Assembly: GCA_963708075.1 (NCBI GenBank)
Contig: OY970194.1
Coordinates: 7,360,001 to 7,424,000, forward strand
Source: Sedimentisphaerales bacterium
Lineage (GTDB): Bacteria; Planctomycetota; Phycisphaerae; Sedimentisphaerales; Anaerobacaceae
Direction: 5' to 3'
Length of the DNA stretch: 64,000 bases
Made by a program: the position numbers and the translations under genes
Part shown: in pieces, positions 1-10,251 of the stretch
Layout of the letters: every line of letters begins with the position of its first letter
Position numbering within the stretch: position 1 is the stretch's first letter
The notes under the pieces: generated by a model
Told to the model about the DNA's origin: nothing
Database searches by the model: none
The model's input: only the letters and a program-made list of their open reading frames with translations

Positions 1-71
1 CTCGAAACAGCGGCCCAACCGGGCACCAAAATACTCGGCCGCCCTCACCTTCTCAAGCGCATAGTGCCTCG

Positions 72-2213
72 TCATTCTGCGAAAGCGGCGGGCGTGACTC
101 GGCAGGCGAGGTCACGGGTGAAGGTCGGCACGGCTAGTTCGAGCCGGTCCTGGTCGCAGGACGCGGTCTGGCGGCTCACTGGCTCGCCTTTGTAGGTGTC
201 CCACCACAGGACGGTGTAGCTGCCCGGGTGAAGGCCACCGATCGTGATAGTCGCTGCGTCGATTCGGTCAGGCTCGCGTTTCTCCACGACCAGATTCCAC
301 CATGTGGTCTGGCGGTTGACGAGCCACAGGTATGCGCAGGTGTCGCCCTGGTAGCCGAGGATGCGCACGCGGGCGTCGGAGATTGTCGCCGTCGTTTGCT
401 GCAAGCCGGCGGGGGAGAAGCTCGCCAGGAAGCTGGCAAGCGGCTTGTAGTGGTGATAGGCGTCCTGGCGGTCGAGCTGATCCCACCACCAGAACATGGC
501 GGTGCCGGAGACGCCGGAGAGAGCGGAGGCCCACAGGCAGTTGTGGAGGTGCACGCCCTCGCGGTCCTGCTTCATATAATCGCTCAGGCCCCACTTGGCG
601 TCGGCCAGGCCGAACTCGCCGATCAGGGCGGGCTTGCCCGGGGCATTCTCGCGCAGCCAGCGGCTCTGGCGGAGGACGGACTCGACCTCGTCCTTGAAGT
701 CATCGTCGTCCGGCCGCATGTAATGGTGCTCCTGGGCGATGTCGATCTGCGCGTGGCGGCAGTCCTTCGCGGACGGAGCCCACGTGCTCGTCGTTCGTGG
801 ATGTCTGTAGATGTCGATCTGTTCGAGGTACTTGCCGACGTCCTCGTAGAACTTGTTCGTGGGCTTGCCCGGGTCCATCTCGTTGAAGTACTCCCAGGCG
901 GCCACGCTGGTGGAGTAGCCCCACCTCGCCACGGCGTATCGCATGAACTTCCTGGCATCCGTCGTCGCCTGGCGATACTCGGCGCTATCGACCTTCGACA
1001 GCGTGCTCATGTACAGGTCCCGCGTGATGGCGCAGAGCATCAGGTAAATCCCATTCTGCTCGGCGGCCTCGACAATCTGATCGAGCATGAAGCAATCCAG
1101 CGGATTATAGTATCTCCGCACCGACCGATTCACTTCCGCCTCCCACAGCAGCTCGGCCCCACCGGCAGCCTCTTTCAGCGACAGGTCATCTAGCCACGCC
1201 TTGCCTGTGCCTGCAAGGCTGAATGTAGTCCGGCCGAGCCAGTACTCGTTGGCCCCCGTGGTGAACTCCTCGGCAAAGCTCTGCCAGTCGGATGTCGCCG
1301 GGACTCTCCACTCGTTGCCGCCGATTTGGACGCGCACGGCCTCAGGCCCATCCATTTTCAGCTTCCCCGAGAGGACATACTTCGTCCCGGGCAGCAGGGC
1401 CACCGGATGCGATGGATCGACCGTTACTGAGGCCCCGTTCTGGCCCTCGATCTTGATACACTTCCTGGCCTGCGGGTCGCTCTCGCTGCCGGGCACGGGC
1501 ACGATGAAGGATGCCTTTGCCCAAGAGCGCCCCCACGCGCTCTTGCGGGCCTCGATGGCCATCGCCCAGTCCTCGCAGCACGTCCAGATCCGCAGGAAAT
1601 TTGCCCCGTTGGCCGCCAGCTTGCCGAAGATCTCCTCCGCCTTAGGCAAAGTGACGTACTGCCCCTCCCCAATGAACGCCAAATTCTGCCCAATAGCAAA
1701 GAACGGCTGCCCCTCCGAAAACTGCAGAAACCTCGGATCATCTGTCCCTGTCTGCAAGAAACCTTTGCTCGCAGACGCCACGCACTCAAATGTCACCGGC
1801 GCAGAGCTGCTCTCGCCTTGCTCATCCTTCAACACCGCCCGTGCCGTGTATGCCCCGACCTCCATCGGCGCAAATCTCGCCTTCCACGCTCCAGTCCCGC
1901 GCGGATGGCACCACGCCACAGTCTTGCCGCCTTGCGGCAAATCCCGCCGCTCATACTCCTGCCCAAAGAACGCCGGCAATAGGAGGCTTTGTCCACCTGG
2001 CGTCACAATCACCACGTTGATCTCCACTTCGCACGGGTCAAACGGATTACCATACTCCTGATCCGTTTGGATCAGCAACTCGGCTTTTCCATACCTGTCG
2101 ATTCTCTGCTGTCCTACGCTCAGCTCGGTCTTCTGTGCCGCCCCTGCAACGCTCATCGAAATGATCATAAAAGGCAGCCATGCACACGTGACAGATCTCA
2201 ACCGCAGCATCAA
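72..2213 (-). CDS. Secreted DUF5060-like/GH5-clan glycoside hydrolase with internal CBM-like insert
   Basis: Signal peptide; N-terminal 'YGNPFDP...WKARFAP' Ig-like domain; clan-A motifs 'RWGYSTSVAAWEYFNE' and 'PALIGEFG'. Confidence 0.75.
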   Translation of the reverse strand: MMLRLRSVTCAWLPFMIISMSVAGAAQKTELSVGQQRIDRYGKAELLIQTDQEYGNPFDPCEVEINVVIVTPGGQSLLLPAFFGQEYERRDLPQGGKTVAWCHPRGTGAWKARFAPMEVGAYTARAVLKDEQGESSSAPVTFECVASASKGFLQTGTDDPRFLQFSEGQPFFAIGQNLAFIGEGQYVTLPKAEEIFGKLAANGANFLRIWTCCEDWAMAIEARKSAWGRSWAKASFIVPVPGSESDPQARKCIKIEGQNGASVTVDPSHPVALLPGTKYVLSGKLKMDGPEAVRVQIGGNEWRVPATSDWQSFAEEFTTGANEYWLGRTTFSLAGTGKAWLDDLSLKEAAGGAELLWEAEVNRSVRRYYNPLDCFMLDQIVEAAEQNGIYLMLCAITRDLYMSTLSKVDSAEYRQATTDARKFMRYAVARWGYSTSVAAWEYFNEMDPGKPTNKFYEDVGKYLEQIDIYRHPRTTSTWAPSAKDCRHAQIDIAQEHHYMRPDDDDFKDEVESVLRQSRWLRENAPGKPALIGEFGLADAKWGLSDYMKQDREGVHLHNCLWASALSGVSGTAMFWWWDQLDRQDAYHHYKPLASFLASFSPAGLQQTTATISDARVRILGYQGDTCAYLWLVNRQTTWWNLVVEKREPDRIDAATITIGGLHPGSYTVLWWDTYKGEPVSRQTASCDQDRLELAVPTFTRDLACRVTPAAFAE

Positions 2214-2411
2214 TGAATCCTCCCATGAGTCATCTACTTGTCACACACGCTGGATTGTATCCTGTGGCACCTCACCATGGAATCCTTGCTTCACCTATAA
2301 TCGTAGATTGGGCTTGCCTGTCGGGCTCGCAGCATACATACTCAGCAGATTGCCGTGCGGCAGCATGGTCACAAGTACAATCTGGAGTTTTCTGTTGAGG
2401 AGCGATGGACT

Positions 2412-3356
2412 ATGGGAAATCAGGCTTCTTCCCGACGGGAGTTTTTGAGAGACATCGCGGTGACGGCTGGTTTGGCGGCTGTGGCGCCGGCGGTTGGCGC
2501 AGTGGCGCGGGCCGCTTCGGGGAAGCTGCATGTGGCGTGCAATCAGTATTCGTGGAGCGTGTTCTATACGCGGGAGAAGAAGGACTTCAATGCGTCGCTG
2601 GATGCGGGATTTGCCGATGTGGCGGCCAGCGGGATCGATGGGTTTGAGCCGGGGGTAGGGGGGCTGGCGCAGATCGAGCAGATGGCGCCGGTGCTGAAGA
2701 AGCACGGGCTCGAGATGCGGTCGCTGTATGTTAATAGTACGCTGCACGAGGCGGGTCAGGGGGACAAGAGCATCGAGGAGGTCCTTGCCGCGGCGGCAAA
2801 GGCGAAGACCATCGGCACGCGGATCATCGTGACCAATCCGAGCCCCTTGCGCTGGGGCGGGCAGGAGAACAAGAACGATGAGCAACTCAAGATACAGGCG
2901 GAGGCCCTCAACAAGCTGGGCGCCAAGCTCAAGGCAATGGGCTTGACACTCGCCTATCACAACCACGACATGGAGCTGCGCAACGCCGCCCGCGAGTTCC
3001 ATCATATGATGGTCGGCACCGACCCCCAGAACGTCACCCTCTGTCTCGACGCCCACTGGGTCTATCGCGGGTCGGGCAACTCGCAGGTGGCCCTGTTCGA
3101 CGTGGTCAAGCTCTACGGCTCTCGCGTCACCGAATTGCACCTTCGCCAGTCGCAAAATGGCGTATGGACTGAGGCATTCGGCCCGGGCGATATCGACTAC
3201 CCACGGCTGGCCGAGTCGCTGCTCAAGGTCGGTGTCAAGCCCTTGCTGGTCCTGGAGCAAGCCATCGAGGACGGCTCACCCAACACGATGAAACCCGTAG
3301 AAGCCTTCAAGCAGAGCACTGCCTACGTCCGCCAGATCTTCGCCGCATTCGCATAG
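2412..3356 (+). CDS. Tat-exported sugar phosphate isomerase/epimerase (xylose isomerase-like TIM barrel)
   Basis: Twin-Arg 'SRREFLR'; 'YHNHDME', 'LDAHW', 'LHLRQ', 'GDIDY', 'VLEQ' motifs; start moved to ATG 2412. Confidence 0.8.
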   Translation: MGNQASSRREFLRDIAVTAGLAAVAPAVGAVARAASGKLHVACNQYSWSVFYTREKKDFNASLDAGFADVAASGIDGFEPGVGGLAQIEQMAPVLKKHGLEMRSLYVNSTLHEAGQGDKSIEEVLAAAAKAKTIGTRIIVTNPSPLRWGGQENKNDEQLKIQAEALNKLGAKLKAMGLTLAYHNHDMELRNAAREFHHMMVGTDPQNVTLCLDAHWVYRGSGNSQVALFDVVKLYGSRVTELHLRQSQNGVWTEAFGPGDIDYPRLAESLLKVGVKPLLVLEQAIEDGSPNTMKPVEAFKQSTAYVRQIFAAFA

Positions 3357-3380
3357 CGGTGACTTGATGGCGAAAAAGGC

Positions 3381-3409
3381 TTGCAGAATCGCCCTGCGTC
3401 TGATAATAT
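3381..3409 (+). promoter_or_regulatory. Sigma70-like promoter
   Basis: TTGCAG-17 nt-TAATAT with extended -10 TG, upstream of the thioester protein gene. Confidence 0.5.
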
Positions 3410-3647
3410 AGGGTTAGTTGAGGTATGAAGGCGGGCGAATAACTGCCGCGATGCCTCCGGTGGGTCTCATAATCATACCGTTTCCTGCGTCACGCAGGCC
3501 CGCCCTCATTTTGCCTCTGTCGTTGGCCTCATTGGGAGGGGTCTTGCGACCGATATCATTCAACGGATGGCAGTGACAAGACCGCCCGGATTCCGCGCCG
3601 GCGGGGCTGTGATCGTCATATATGCGCGTACGTGAAGGAGAGATGAG

Positions 3648-6600
3648 ATGGAATGGCGTATGAGAGCTCTGATGCCAGTGGTGTTGGCGTTCGCGCTGGC
3701 TTTGATGGGGACGTCGCGAGCATCGCTTGTGGCGCACTGGCCGCTCGATGAGACCAGTGGAACGGTTGCCGCGGACGCGGTCGGGGACAACGACGGGACG
3801 CTCTCCGGCAATCCAGTCTGGGAATCGGCGAGGGTCCGCCCCAGTGGCTCGCTGGTGTTCGATGGCAAGGATGACTACATAACGACCCGCTTTGCGCTGG
3901 ACCCGGCGAAAGGGCCGTTCAGCGCGTTTCTCTGGGCCTTGGGCAATGAGGCGGGCAAAGTCCTGATCGCCCAGCAGGACTTCGGTGGGACAGGGCAGGC
4001 GTGGCTGGTAGCAGGTACAACGAGCGCCAAGCTGGGCACGGAACTGACAGACGCCAGGGGCCAGGCCCGCGCGTTGCAGTCGGATGCCGTCCTCGCGGAT
4101 GGTCGGTGGCACCATGTCGGGGTGATCTGGGATGGGCAGTACAGACGCCTCTACCTGGACGGCGAAGAGGTGGCGGCGGACCAGGTTGCACTGGCGGATA
4201 TGAGGAGTTCGCTGGGCGGGCTGGTCATTGGGGCCTCGAAGACCCAGGACAGGTCCACGCTCTGGTCCGGCAGTATGGACGACATCCGCATCTACGATCA
4301 TGCTCTGAGTCAATCGGAGATCCGCGTGCTGGCGGGCCTCGAATCCGACCGCCAGGGCCAGCCACAGATCATGGTGGTTGCTCCCAAGACGATCTATACG
4401 GGTGCCCCGGCAGCCGTGACGGTGACAGCCATGAACGCCGACCGGTCTCCGTTGGTGGCCTCGGTGACGACCCTGCTGGCCAGCACGAAGGTCTTTGAAG
4501 GGATGACCGATGCGACCGGCCGAGTGGTCGCGAGCTTCGACACGCCGGATATCGCGCCCGGCACATACACGCTCGAAGTGCAGGTCGCCGGCATGAAAGA
4601 GTCGCTGACCGCTCAAGTGCAGGTGCGTCAGATGCCCATCGTGCTGGTCGAGACGGATAAGCCCATCTATAAGCCCGGCCAGACGATCCAGGGTCGTGCC
4701 CTGGTTCTGACGAACGAGCTTCGGCCCACGATTTCCGATGTTGCTGTCCAGATCACGGACGGCAAAGGCGTCAAGATCTTTCGCAAGGAGTTGCAGACCA
4801 ACGCATTTGGCGTTGCGCCGTTCACGCTCGACCTGGCCAGCGAGCTCAACTACGGCACGTGGAAAATCACCGCCGAGGCCGGCTCGGCCACCGGCATGGT
4901 GGATGTCCGGGTCGAGGAATACGTCCTGCCGCGATTCGAGGTCAAGGTCGAAACCGAGCGCGACTACTTCCTCGTAAACGAGCGAATCCCGGGCACCGTG
5001 CGGGCGACGTACTTCTTCGGCAAGGCCGTCGATGGCACAGTGGAGATCCACGCCAGCCGATACGTCGGCACGTGGGAAGAATATACCCGCTATACGGCTC
5101 CGCTGGTCGAAGGGGCTGCCGAGTTCGAGCTTCCCGAGGTTGGTTACGTCAGCGGCACGCCCGGTGCAGGCGGGTCGGGCAGCGTCCAACTCGATGCCAT
5201 CATCACCGACACATCGGGTCACCAGGAAAAGTCCACGAAGCTGCTCAAGATTGTCAGCTCGGGCATTGTGCATCAGCTCATTGCGGCCTCACGGTCATTT
5301 ACCCCGGGCTTGCCGTATGAGGTGTTGCTCGTGGCCGAAACCCCGGACGGCATACCTCTGTCGGTCAGTGCAGAACTGACGGCTGAATACTATTCACAGG
5401 ATGGTCGTTCGGTCCTGAAAGACAAACAATCACTATCCTTCGAGGGTTCAGCCTCGCTGACGCTGCGAGCGCCGAGGGACGCGGCCTGGGTGTACGTGCA
5501 AAGCACGGCCCGGCGTGGTAGCGAGTCGGGTCAGGCGGAGCTGTTCGTCTATGCGACGTACTCGCCCACCGACAGCTTCCTGCACCTGAGCCGGACGAGC
5601 GATGAGGCGGTGAAGGTGGGAGACGCCGTGACCATCGACGTCTTCAAAACACACGATTCGACGATCTACTATGACGTGTCTGCAAACGGGCACACCGTTT
5701 GGTCGGAAGCGACCACCGGCTCGCAGATCAGCTTCCGGGCGACACAACAGATGCTGCCTGCCGCCAAGGTCGTGGCCTATATCATCAACCCGAACAACGA
5801 GATATCCGCCGATACACTGGAGTTCAAAGTGGTTATGGATGCGGCGGCCTCGCTGACAGTGGGCTTCAACGCTGAGGAAGTCTTGCCCGGCGACCGCGTG
5901 CAGGTGTCGATAGGCGCGGGAACCGAAGCCATGGTCGGCATCGCTATCGTCGATGAATCCGTCTACGCCTTGAACGAGGGCCGGCTCAACATGCAAGCGG
6001 TTTTCGATGAGCTGGAGAAACGCTTCATGGACCCGCAGGCGGAGATCCATGCGCAGCCGTACAACTATGCGACACGCGAGGTCTTTGCCGACGCGGGCCT
6101 GCAGGTGATTACCTCGGGCGACCTCCAGGTCCCCGAGGGCCGGCAGGTGTGGGGCGGAGGCCCGATTCGCCGCGGCGACGGGACTGGTGTTGTACCGCCG
6201 GTGCCGACCGATGGCGGCTCGCTGGCCGAGGTCGCTCGCATCCGGCAGTTCTTCCCGGAGACGTGGCTGTGGACGCCGGACTTGCTCACGGACGCCAATG
6301 GTGCGGCCGTCATCGATCTGATCGCCCCGGACAGCATTACGACCTGGCGGTTGCACGCCGTCTCCACGTCTGACACCGGCCTGGGGATCGCCGAATCCTC
6401 GCTCCGCGTCTTCCAGGAATTCTTCGGCGAGCCGGACCTGCCGTACTCCGTGACGCGAGGCGAGCAGTTCCCTGTCCGCATCCAGATCTACAACTATCTC
6501 GATGAGGCACAGACCGTGCAGGTCGATCTGCGGACCGCCGAGTGGTTCAAATTGCTCGACATCGCGTCGCAGCAGGTGCGCGTGAACGCCAACTCCGTGG

Positions 6601-8315
6601 CAGCAGCCTCGTTCCTCATCGAGCCGACGAAGCTCGGCCGCAACTCGCTCGAGGTCACGCTCCGCTCCCCGCAGCGGGCAGACGGGGTCCGCAAAGAGGT
6701 CCTCGTCGAGCCCGAGGGCACGAAGCGCGAGCTGATTACGAATGGTCTGATCCGTTCCGGTGAGATCCTGCGGCTCGATGCCAACATGCCGGCGTACATC
6801 GTGCCGGACTCCGGCAAGCTGCTTCTGAACATCACGCCGAGCCTCGTCGCTCAGAGCATCAACGGTGTCGACGACCTGCTCCAGATGCCCTACGGCTGCG
6901 GCGAGCAAAACATGATCTTCTTCGCCCCCGATGTCGAGGTGCTGCGATACCTCGACGCCACGAGCCAGCTCACGCCCGAAGTTCGCGCCAAGGCCGAGCA
7001 TTTCATCACCGTCGGCTACCAGCGGGAGCTGACCTTCCGCCACAGCGACGGTTCGTTCTCCGCGTTCGGCGAGTCTGATGGCCAGCCCGGAAGCTTATGG
7101 CTTACGGCGTTCGTCCTCGACTGCTTCAGCGGCGCCCGCGAGATCACGACAGTCGATGACAGCATCCTCGCCGCAGCCGTCCAGTGGATCGCTTCCAAGC
7201 AGAAGACTGACGGCTCGTGGGACCCGGTTGGCTTCGTCATCCACAGCGACATGACGGGCGGTGTCCAGGGGAACTACACTCTTACCGCGTTTGTCACAAT
7301 CGCACTGGCGGACTATGCGTCCGCCCCGGCCGGCGTCGTGCAAGCGGCCGTGAAGTACCTCCGCGACAACATGAGCAGAATGCAGAGTGATCCGTATGCT
7401 CTGGCGATCGCGGCCCTGGCGCTGGCGAAGGCCGGGGACTCGACGGCCGATGCCGCACTGGACAACCTGCTGAGGATTGCTAAGAGCGACGCCAGCGGCA
7501 TGCACTGGGAGCCATACGCAGTAGAGACGACCGCTTATGCCGCTCTGGCATTGATGGAGAAACAGCGGCCGGAGGCGAATGAGGCCATCAAGTGGCTGTC
7601 CCTGCAGCGCAATAGCCTTGGCGGCTACGGCAACACGCAGGATACCGTGATGGGCCTCAAAGCCCTGATGACGGCGGCTCGAAACCAGAGCCGCAACGTG
7701 AACCTGACGGTGACCGTCCAGGATTCGAGGCGCGAGACGATCGCACAATTCACGGTTGACGAGAGCAACTTCGACGTCCTGCAGACTGTGGAACTGCCGC
7801 TTGAGCAGGTGATCGAGCTGGAGGCCCGGGGCACGGGCGAGGTCCGCTACCAGTTGGTCCGACGGTTCAACGTCCTGCTCAGCGATCAGACCGTGAACAA
7901 GGACATGGTTCTGGAGGTTAAGTACGATGCCGACCACGTGGAGGTCGATGACATCGTGAACGTCACTGCAACCGTCCGCTACATGGGCCTCAAGAGTTCC
8001 ACCGGCATGATGATCGTCGATGTCGGCGTGCCGACGGGCTTCGATACCGTCCGCGAGTCGCTCGACACGCTCGTTGAAGGAGGCAAAGTCACGAAGTTCG
8101 AGGTCGCCGGCCGCAAGGTGATCTTTTATCTCGACGGCCTGACGCCCCGCGAGGAGCGCTCTTTCACCTTCCAGGTCAAGGCCCGTTTCCCGGTGCGTGC
8201 CATCGTCCCGGACAGTAAGGCTTATTCTTACTACGAGCCTGACCTGCGTGCCGAGGCCATGGGTGAGGAGATCACTGTCGGTACACTGTCCCCGCAGGAG
8301 GAGCCGAAGAAGTAA
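3648..8315 (+). CDS. LamG-fused alpha-2-macroglobulin/TEP/CD109-like thioester protein
   Basis: Signal peptide; LamG ('WHHVGVIWDG','MDDIRIYDHALS'); 'ETDKPIYKPGQ','EEYVLPRFEV','RQFFPETWLW','PDSITTW'; thioester 'MPYGCGEQNM'; 'SLWLTAFV','GFVIHSDMTGG','NTQDTV','AYSYYEP'. Confidence 0.92.
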   Translation: MEWRMRALMPVVLAFALALMGTSRASLVAHWPLDETSGTVAADAVGDNDGTLSGNPVWESARVRPSGSLVFDGKDDYITTRFALDPAKGPFSAFLWALGNEAGKVLIAQQDFGGTGQAWLVAGTTSAKLGTELTDARGQARALQSDAVLADGRWHHVGVIWDGQYRRLYLDGEEVAADQVALADMRSSLGGLVIGASKTQDRSTLWSGSMDDIRIYDHALSQSEIRVLAGLESDRQGQPQIMVVAPKTIYTGAPAAVTVTAMNADRSPLVASVTTLLASTKVFEGMTDATGRVVASFDTPDIAPGTYTLEVQVAGMKESLTAQVQVRQMPIVLVETDKPIYKPGQTIQGRALVLTNELRPTISDVAVQITDGKGVKIFRKELQTNAFGVAPFTLDLASELNYGTWKITAEAGSATGMVDVRVEEYVLPRFEVKVETERDYFLVNERIPGTVRATYFFGKAVDGTVEIHASRYVGTWEEYTRYTAPLVEGAAEFELPEVGYVSGTPGAGGSGSVQLDAIITDTSGHQEKSTKLLKIVSSGIVHQLIAASRSFTPGLPYEVLLVAETPDGIPLSVSAELTAEYYSQDGRSVLKDKQSLSFEGSASLTLRAPRDAAWVYVQSTARRGSESGQAELFVYATYSPTDSFLHLSRTSDEAVKVGDAVTIDVFKTHDSTIYYDVSANGHTVWSEATTGSQISFRATQQMLPAAKVVAYIINPNNEISADTLEFKVVMDAAASLTVGFNAEEVLPGDRVQVSIGAGTEAMVGIAIVDESVYALNEGRLNMQAVFDELEKRFMDPQAEIHAQPYNYATREVFADAGLQVITSGDLQVPEGRQVWGGGPIRRGDGTGVVPPVPTDGGSLAEVARIRQFFPETWLWTPDLLTDANGAAVIDLIAPDSITTWRLHAVSTSDTGLGIAESSLRVFQEFFGEPDLPYSVTRGEQFPVRIQIYNYLDEAQTVQVDLRTAEWFKLLDIASQQVRVNANSVAAASFLIEPTKLGRNSLEVTLRSPQRADGVRKEVLVEPEGTKRELITNGLIRSGEILRLDANMPAYIVPDSGKLLLNITPSLVAQSINGVDDLLQMPYGCGEQNMIFFAPDVEVLRYLDATSQLTPEVRAKAEHFITVGYQRELTFRHSDGSFSAFGESDGQPGSLWLTAFVLDCFSGAREITTVDDSILAAAVQWIASKQKTDGSWDPVGFVIHSDMTGGVQGNYTLTAFVTIALADYASAPAGVVQAAVKYLRDNMSRMQSDPYALAIAALALAKAGDSTADAALDNLLRIAKSDASGMHWEPYAVETTAYAALALMEKQRPEANEAIKWLSLQRNSLGGYGNTQDTVMGLKALMTAARNQSRNVNLTVTVQDSRRETIAQFTVDESNFDVLQTVELPLEQVIELEARGTGEVRYQLVRRFNVLLSDQTVNKDMVLEVKYDADHVEVDDIVNVTATVRYMGLKSSTGMMIVDVGVPTGFDTVRESLDTLVEGGKVTKFEVAGRKVIFYLDGLTPREERSFTFQVKARFPVRAIVPDSKAYSYYEPDLRAEAMGEEITVGTLSPQEEPKK

Positions 8316-8321
8316 GCTGAG

Positions 8322-10127
8322 CTATCTTGAGGCGGCGTCAAGGCCGAAGGTCTCGGCTCGTCGCACGGCTGCCATGCCTTGCGATTCGGGCGTGCCGGCA
8401 TTGTAGTCCACGACCACGCCGTCCACGAGCATCCTGCTGCCATCGCGGGTCACGATGCCCCCGGCAGGGGTCAGCAGGATCAATGCGGCTGTATCCGGCC
8501 GCAGTTCCAGCGATGTTCTGCCACTGATTCGCTTGCGCACGAATGAATGTTGAGTCGTATCGTAGAGGTCCACCGGCCGGCTGCCTGCGTCCATGTGGAT
8601 TTCCCGCCTCTCATTATAAGGATTGTAGTAGAGATACGTCGGGTACGCTTCCTCGTGGAAGAAATCTGTCTTGAGGCAGTTCAACTGAAGGATTCTCTCG
8701 TCATCCGTCCGCTCCACGACGGCCGCCATCAGGCCGACGTGGCTGGAGCCGTACAGGGAGAGATCGGAAACGTACTTATGCCTGCCCCATCGGCCGCCGA
8801 GCGGGTCGCCGCACGCGCAGGGAATCTTGTCGGCGTCCTGCGGCCGCAGGCCGATGCGGCGCAGGCCCTCGTAGGCAATCACATCTCGCGAGAACTCCCG
8901 CTGGTCATAGCAGGTCTGGTTCTCAGGCGGCAGGCTGTCGGTATAGAACAGGCGGGTGGCGTTGGCGGCGTTGAGCAGCAGCTTGCCGACCGCCCGGGCA
9001 TATCTTGCGTCGTATCGCGGCAGGGGCGCCAGTGCGGCGACTAACTCGAATGTGTTCATGGCAAAGGCGTATCCGCCGCCGTCGGTGATGCTGCCCTGCA
9101 GTCCGCTGACATCGTAGCCGCCCCAGTGGCCGACGATGACTCCCCATCCCGGCCGGCATGCGTTGTTGCCGTCGAGGCACCGGTTGAGCAGTTGAGTTAC
9201 ATCATAGTCGCAGCCTTGTTCCGCATTCATCCTCGCCGCCAGCGTCACGCCGTAAGGCAGCAGGACCTCGTAAAACGTACTGCGGCCGAAGTCATCCAGC
9301 GCATCCATGGCCCGGCGAGCGGCGTCGATGTATTTCATTTCGCCGGACTTGGCCCCGGCCATATACTCGATCCACGCCACGCCGGAAGTCGCATCGCCTT
9401 CCCGCCATCGGCCGTTGAACACCGGCTCATGACGGACGAAGTCATACCCTGTGTACCACTGGCCCTCCTCCAACGCCGGCACAAGCTCCGCCACGGAATC
9501 CGCAGAACGCCGCATGTATTCATCGAGCCGGCCGTGATCCGGGTAGCAGTCGGCGAGCATGAACGCGAGCATGTTGGGGAACAGGAAATACCACATGGAG
9601 CCCGTGCCCGGCAACAGACTTGCATTGTTCGCAAAGATATCCAATCCGCCTCGGTCTTTGGGCGAGAAGTATCTCTCGCACATACGAACATAGTCATGCC
9701 CATCTTGATTTCGCTTATCGATGCCGACGAGGCGGGCGCCGACGACCGCCGCGAGGCAGTTCACAGCCTCATGCTGGCCGGGGTTCACCGCCGGTCCCTG
9801 TCGCGGATCGCCGGCGACCGTGTAGAGCCCGAACCCCTCGATGTTGCTGGTAAGGCGAGTACGGTCCTCCCAGATCAGCGGGAGAAATCGGCCTCGCGCA
9901 CCGCGGTCGAAGACCAGGGCATCATAGTCTCGCGCGACCTGTTTCCAATCCCGCATCTTGAACGGCCGGGGCATATTCGGCATCTGCTCGACGCGTGCGA
10001 TGTGGACCTGCGGCCGGGCCTCGAAAGCCCGCGCCTCCACAGCATGCAGGATGGAGCTTGCCCCACCGATTCCGTCGGATTTTGGTGGGGCAAGCCCCAC
10101 CCTACGATTCCCGGCCCCTGTCGTCAT
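8322..10127 (-). CDS. Conserved hypothetical protein, probable alpha/alpha-barrel carbohydrate-active enzyme
   Basis: About 600-aa ORF with aromatic-rich conserved-looking motifs ('GGYAFAMNTF','YPTYLYYNPY'); start uncertain. Confidence 0.55.
   Translation of the reverse strand: MTTGAGNRRVGLAPPKSDGIGGASSILHAVEARAFEARPQVHIARVEQMPNMPRPFKMRDWKQVARDYDALVFDRGARGRFLPLIWEDRTRLTSNIEGFGLYTVAGDPRQGPAVNPGQHEAVNCLAAVVGARLVGIDKRNQDGHDYVRMCERYFSPKDRGGLDIFANNASLLPGTGSMWYFLFPNMLAFMLADCYPDHGRLDEYMRRSADSVAELVPALEEGQWYTGYDFVRHEPVFNGRWREGDATSGVAWIEYMAGAKSGEMKYIDAARRAMDALDDFGRSTFYEVLLPYGVTLAARMNAEQGCDYDVTQLLNRCLDGNNACRPGWGVIVGHWGGYDVSGLQGSITDGGGYAFAMNTFELVAALAPLPRYDARYARAVGKLLLNAANATRLFYTDSLPPENQTCYDQREFSRDVIAYEGLRRIGLRPQDADKIPCACGDPLGGRWGRHKYVSDLSLYGSSHVGLMAAVVERTDDERILQLNCLKTDFFHEEAYPTYLYYNPYNERREIHMDAGSRPVDLYDTTQHSFVRKRISGRTSLELRPDTAALILLTPAGGIVTRDGSRMLVDGVVVDYNAGTPESQGMAAVRRAETFGLDAASR
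10046..10105. repeat. REPIN (inverted GTAG-type REP doublet)
   Basis: Minus strand GTAGGGTGGGGCTTGCCCCACC, 16-nt spacer, then the near-perfect inverted copy GGTGGGGCAAGCTCCATCCTGC. Confidence 0.75.
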
Positions 10128-10251
10128 AGCCCCACGCCGCCCCAACCACGCGCCGTCTCGCGTCCGACTCGACACGCCCGAGCCGCCGGAAGATCACTGC
10201 GCAGCTATTCCCCCTTATCGGTCCCGCGGGCTTTTGGGCATGAGCCTTGTG

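Noticed and set aside
3430..3505. tRNA-Met-like look (GGCGGG/CCCGCC stem, CTCATAA loop)
   Set aside because: No TTCRA T-loop, D-arm, proper anticodon stem or CCA
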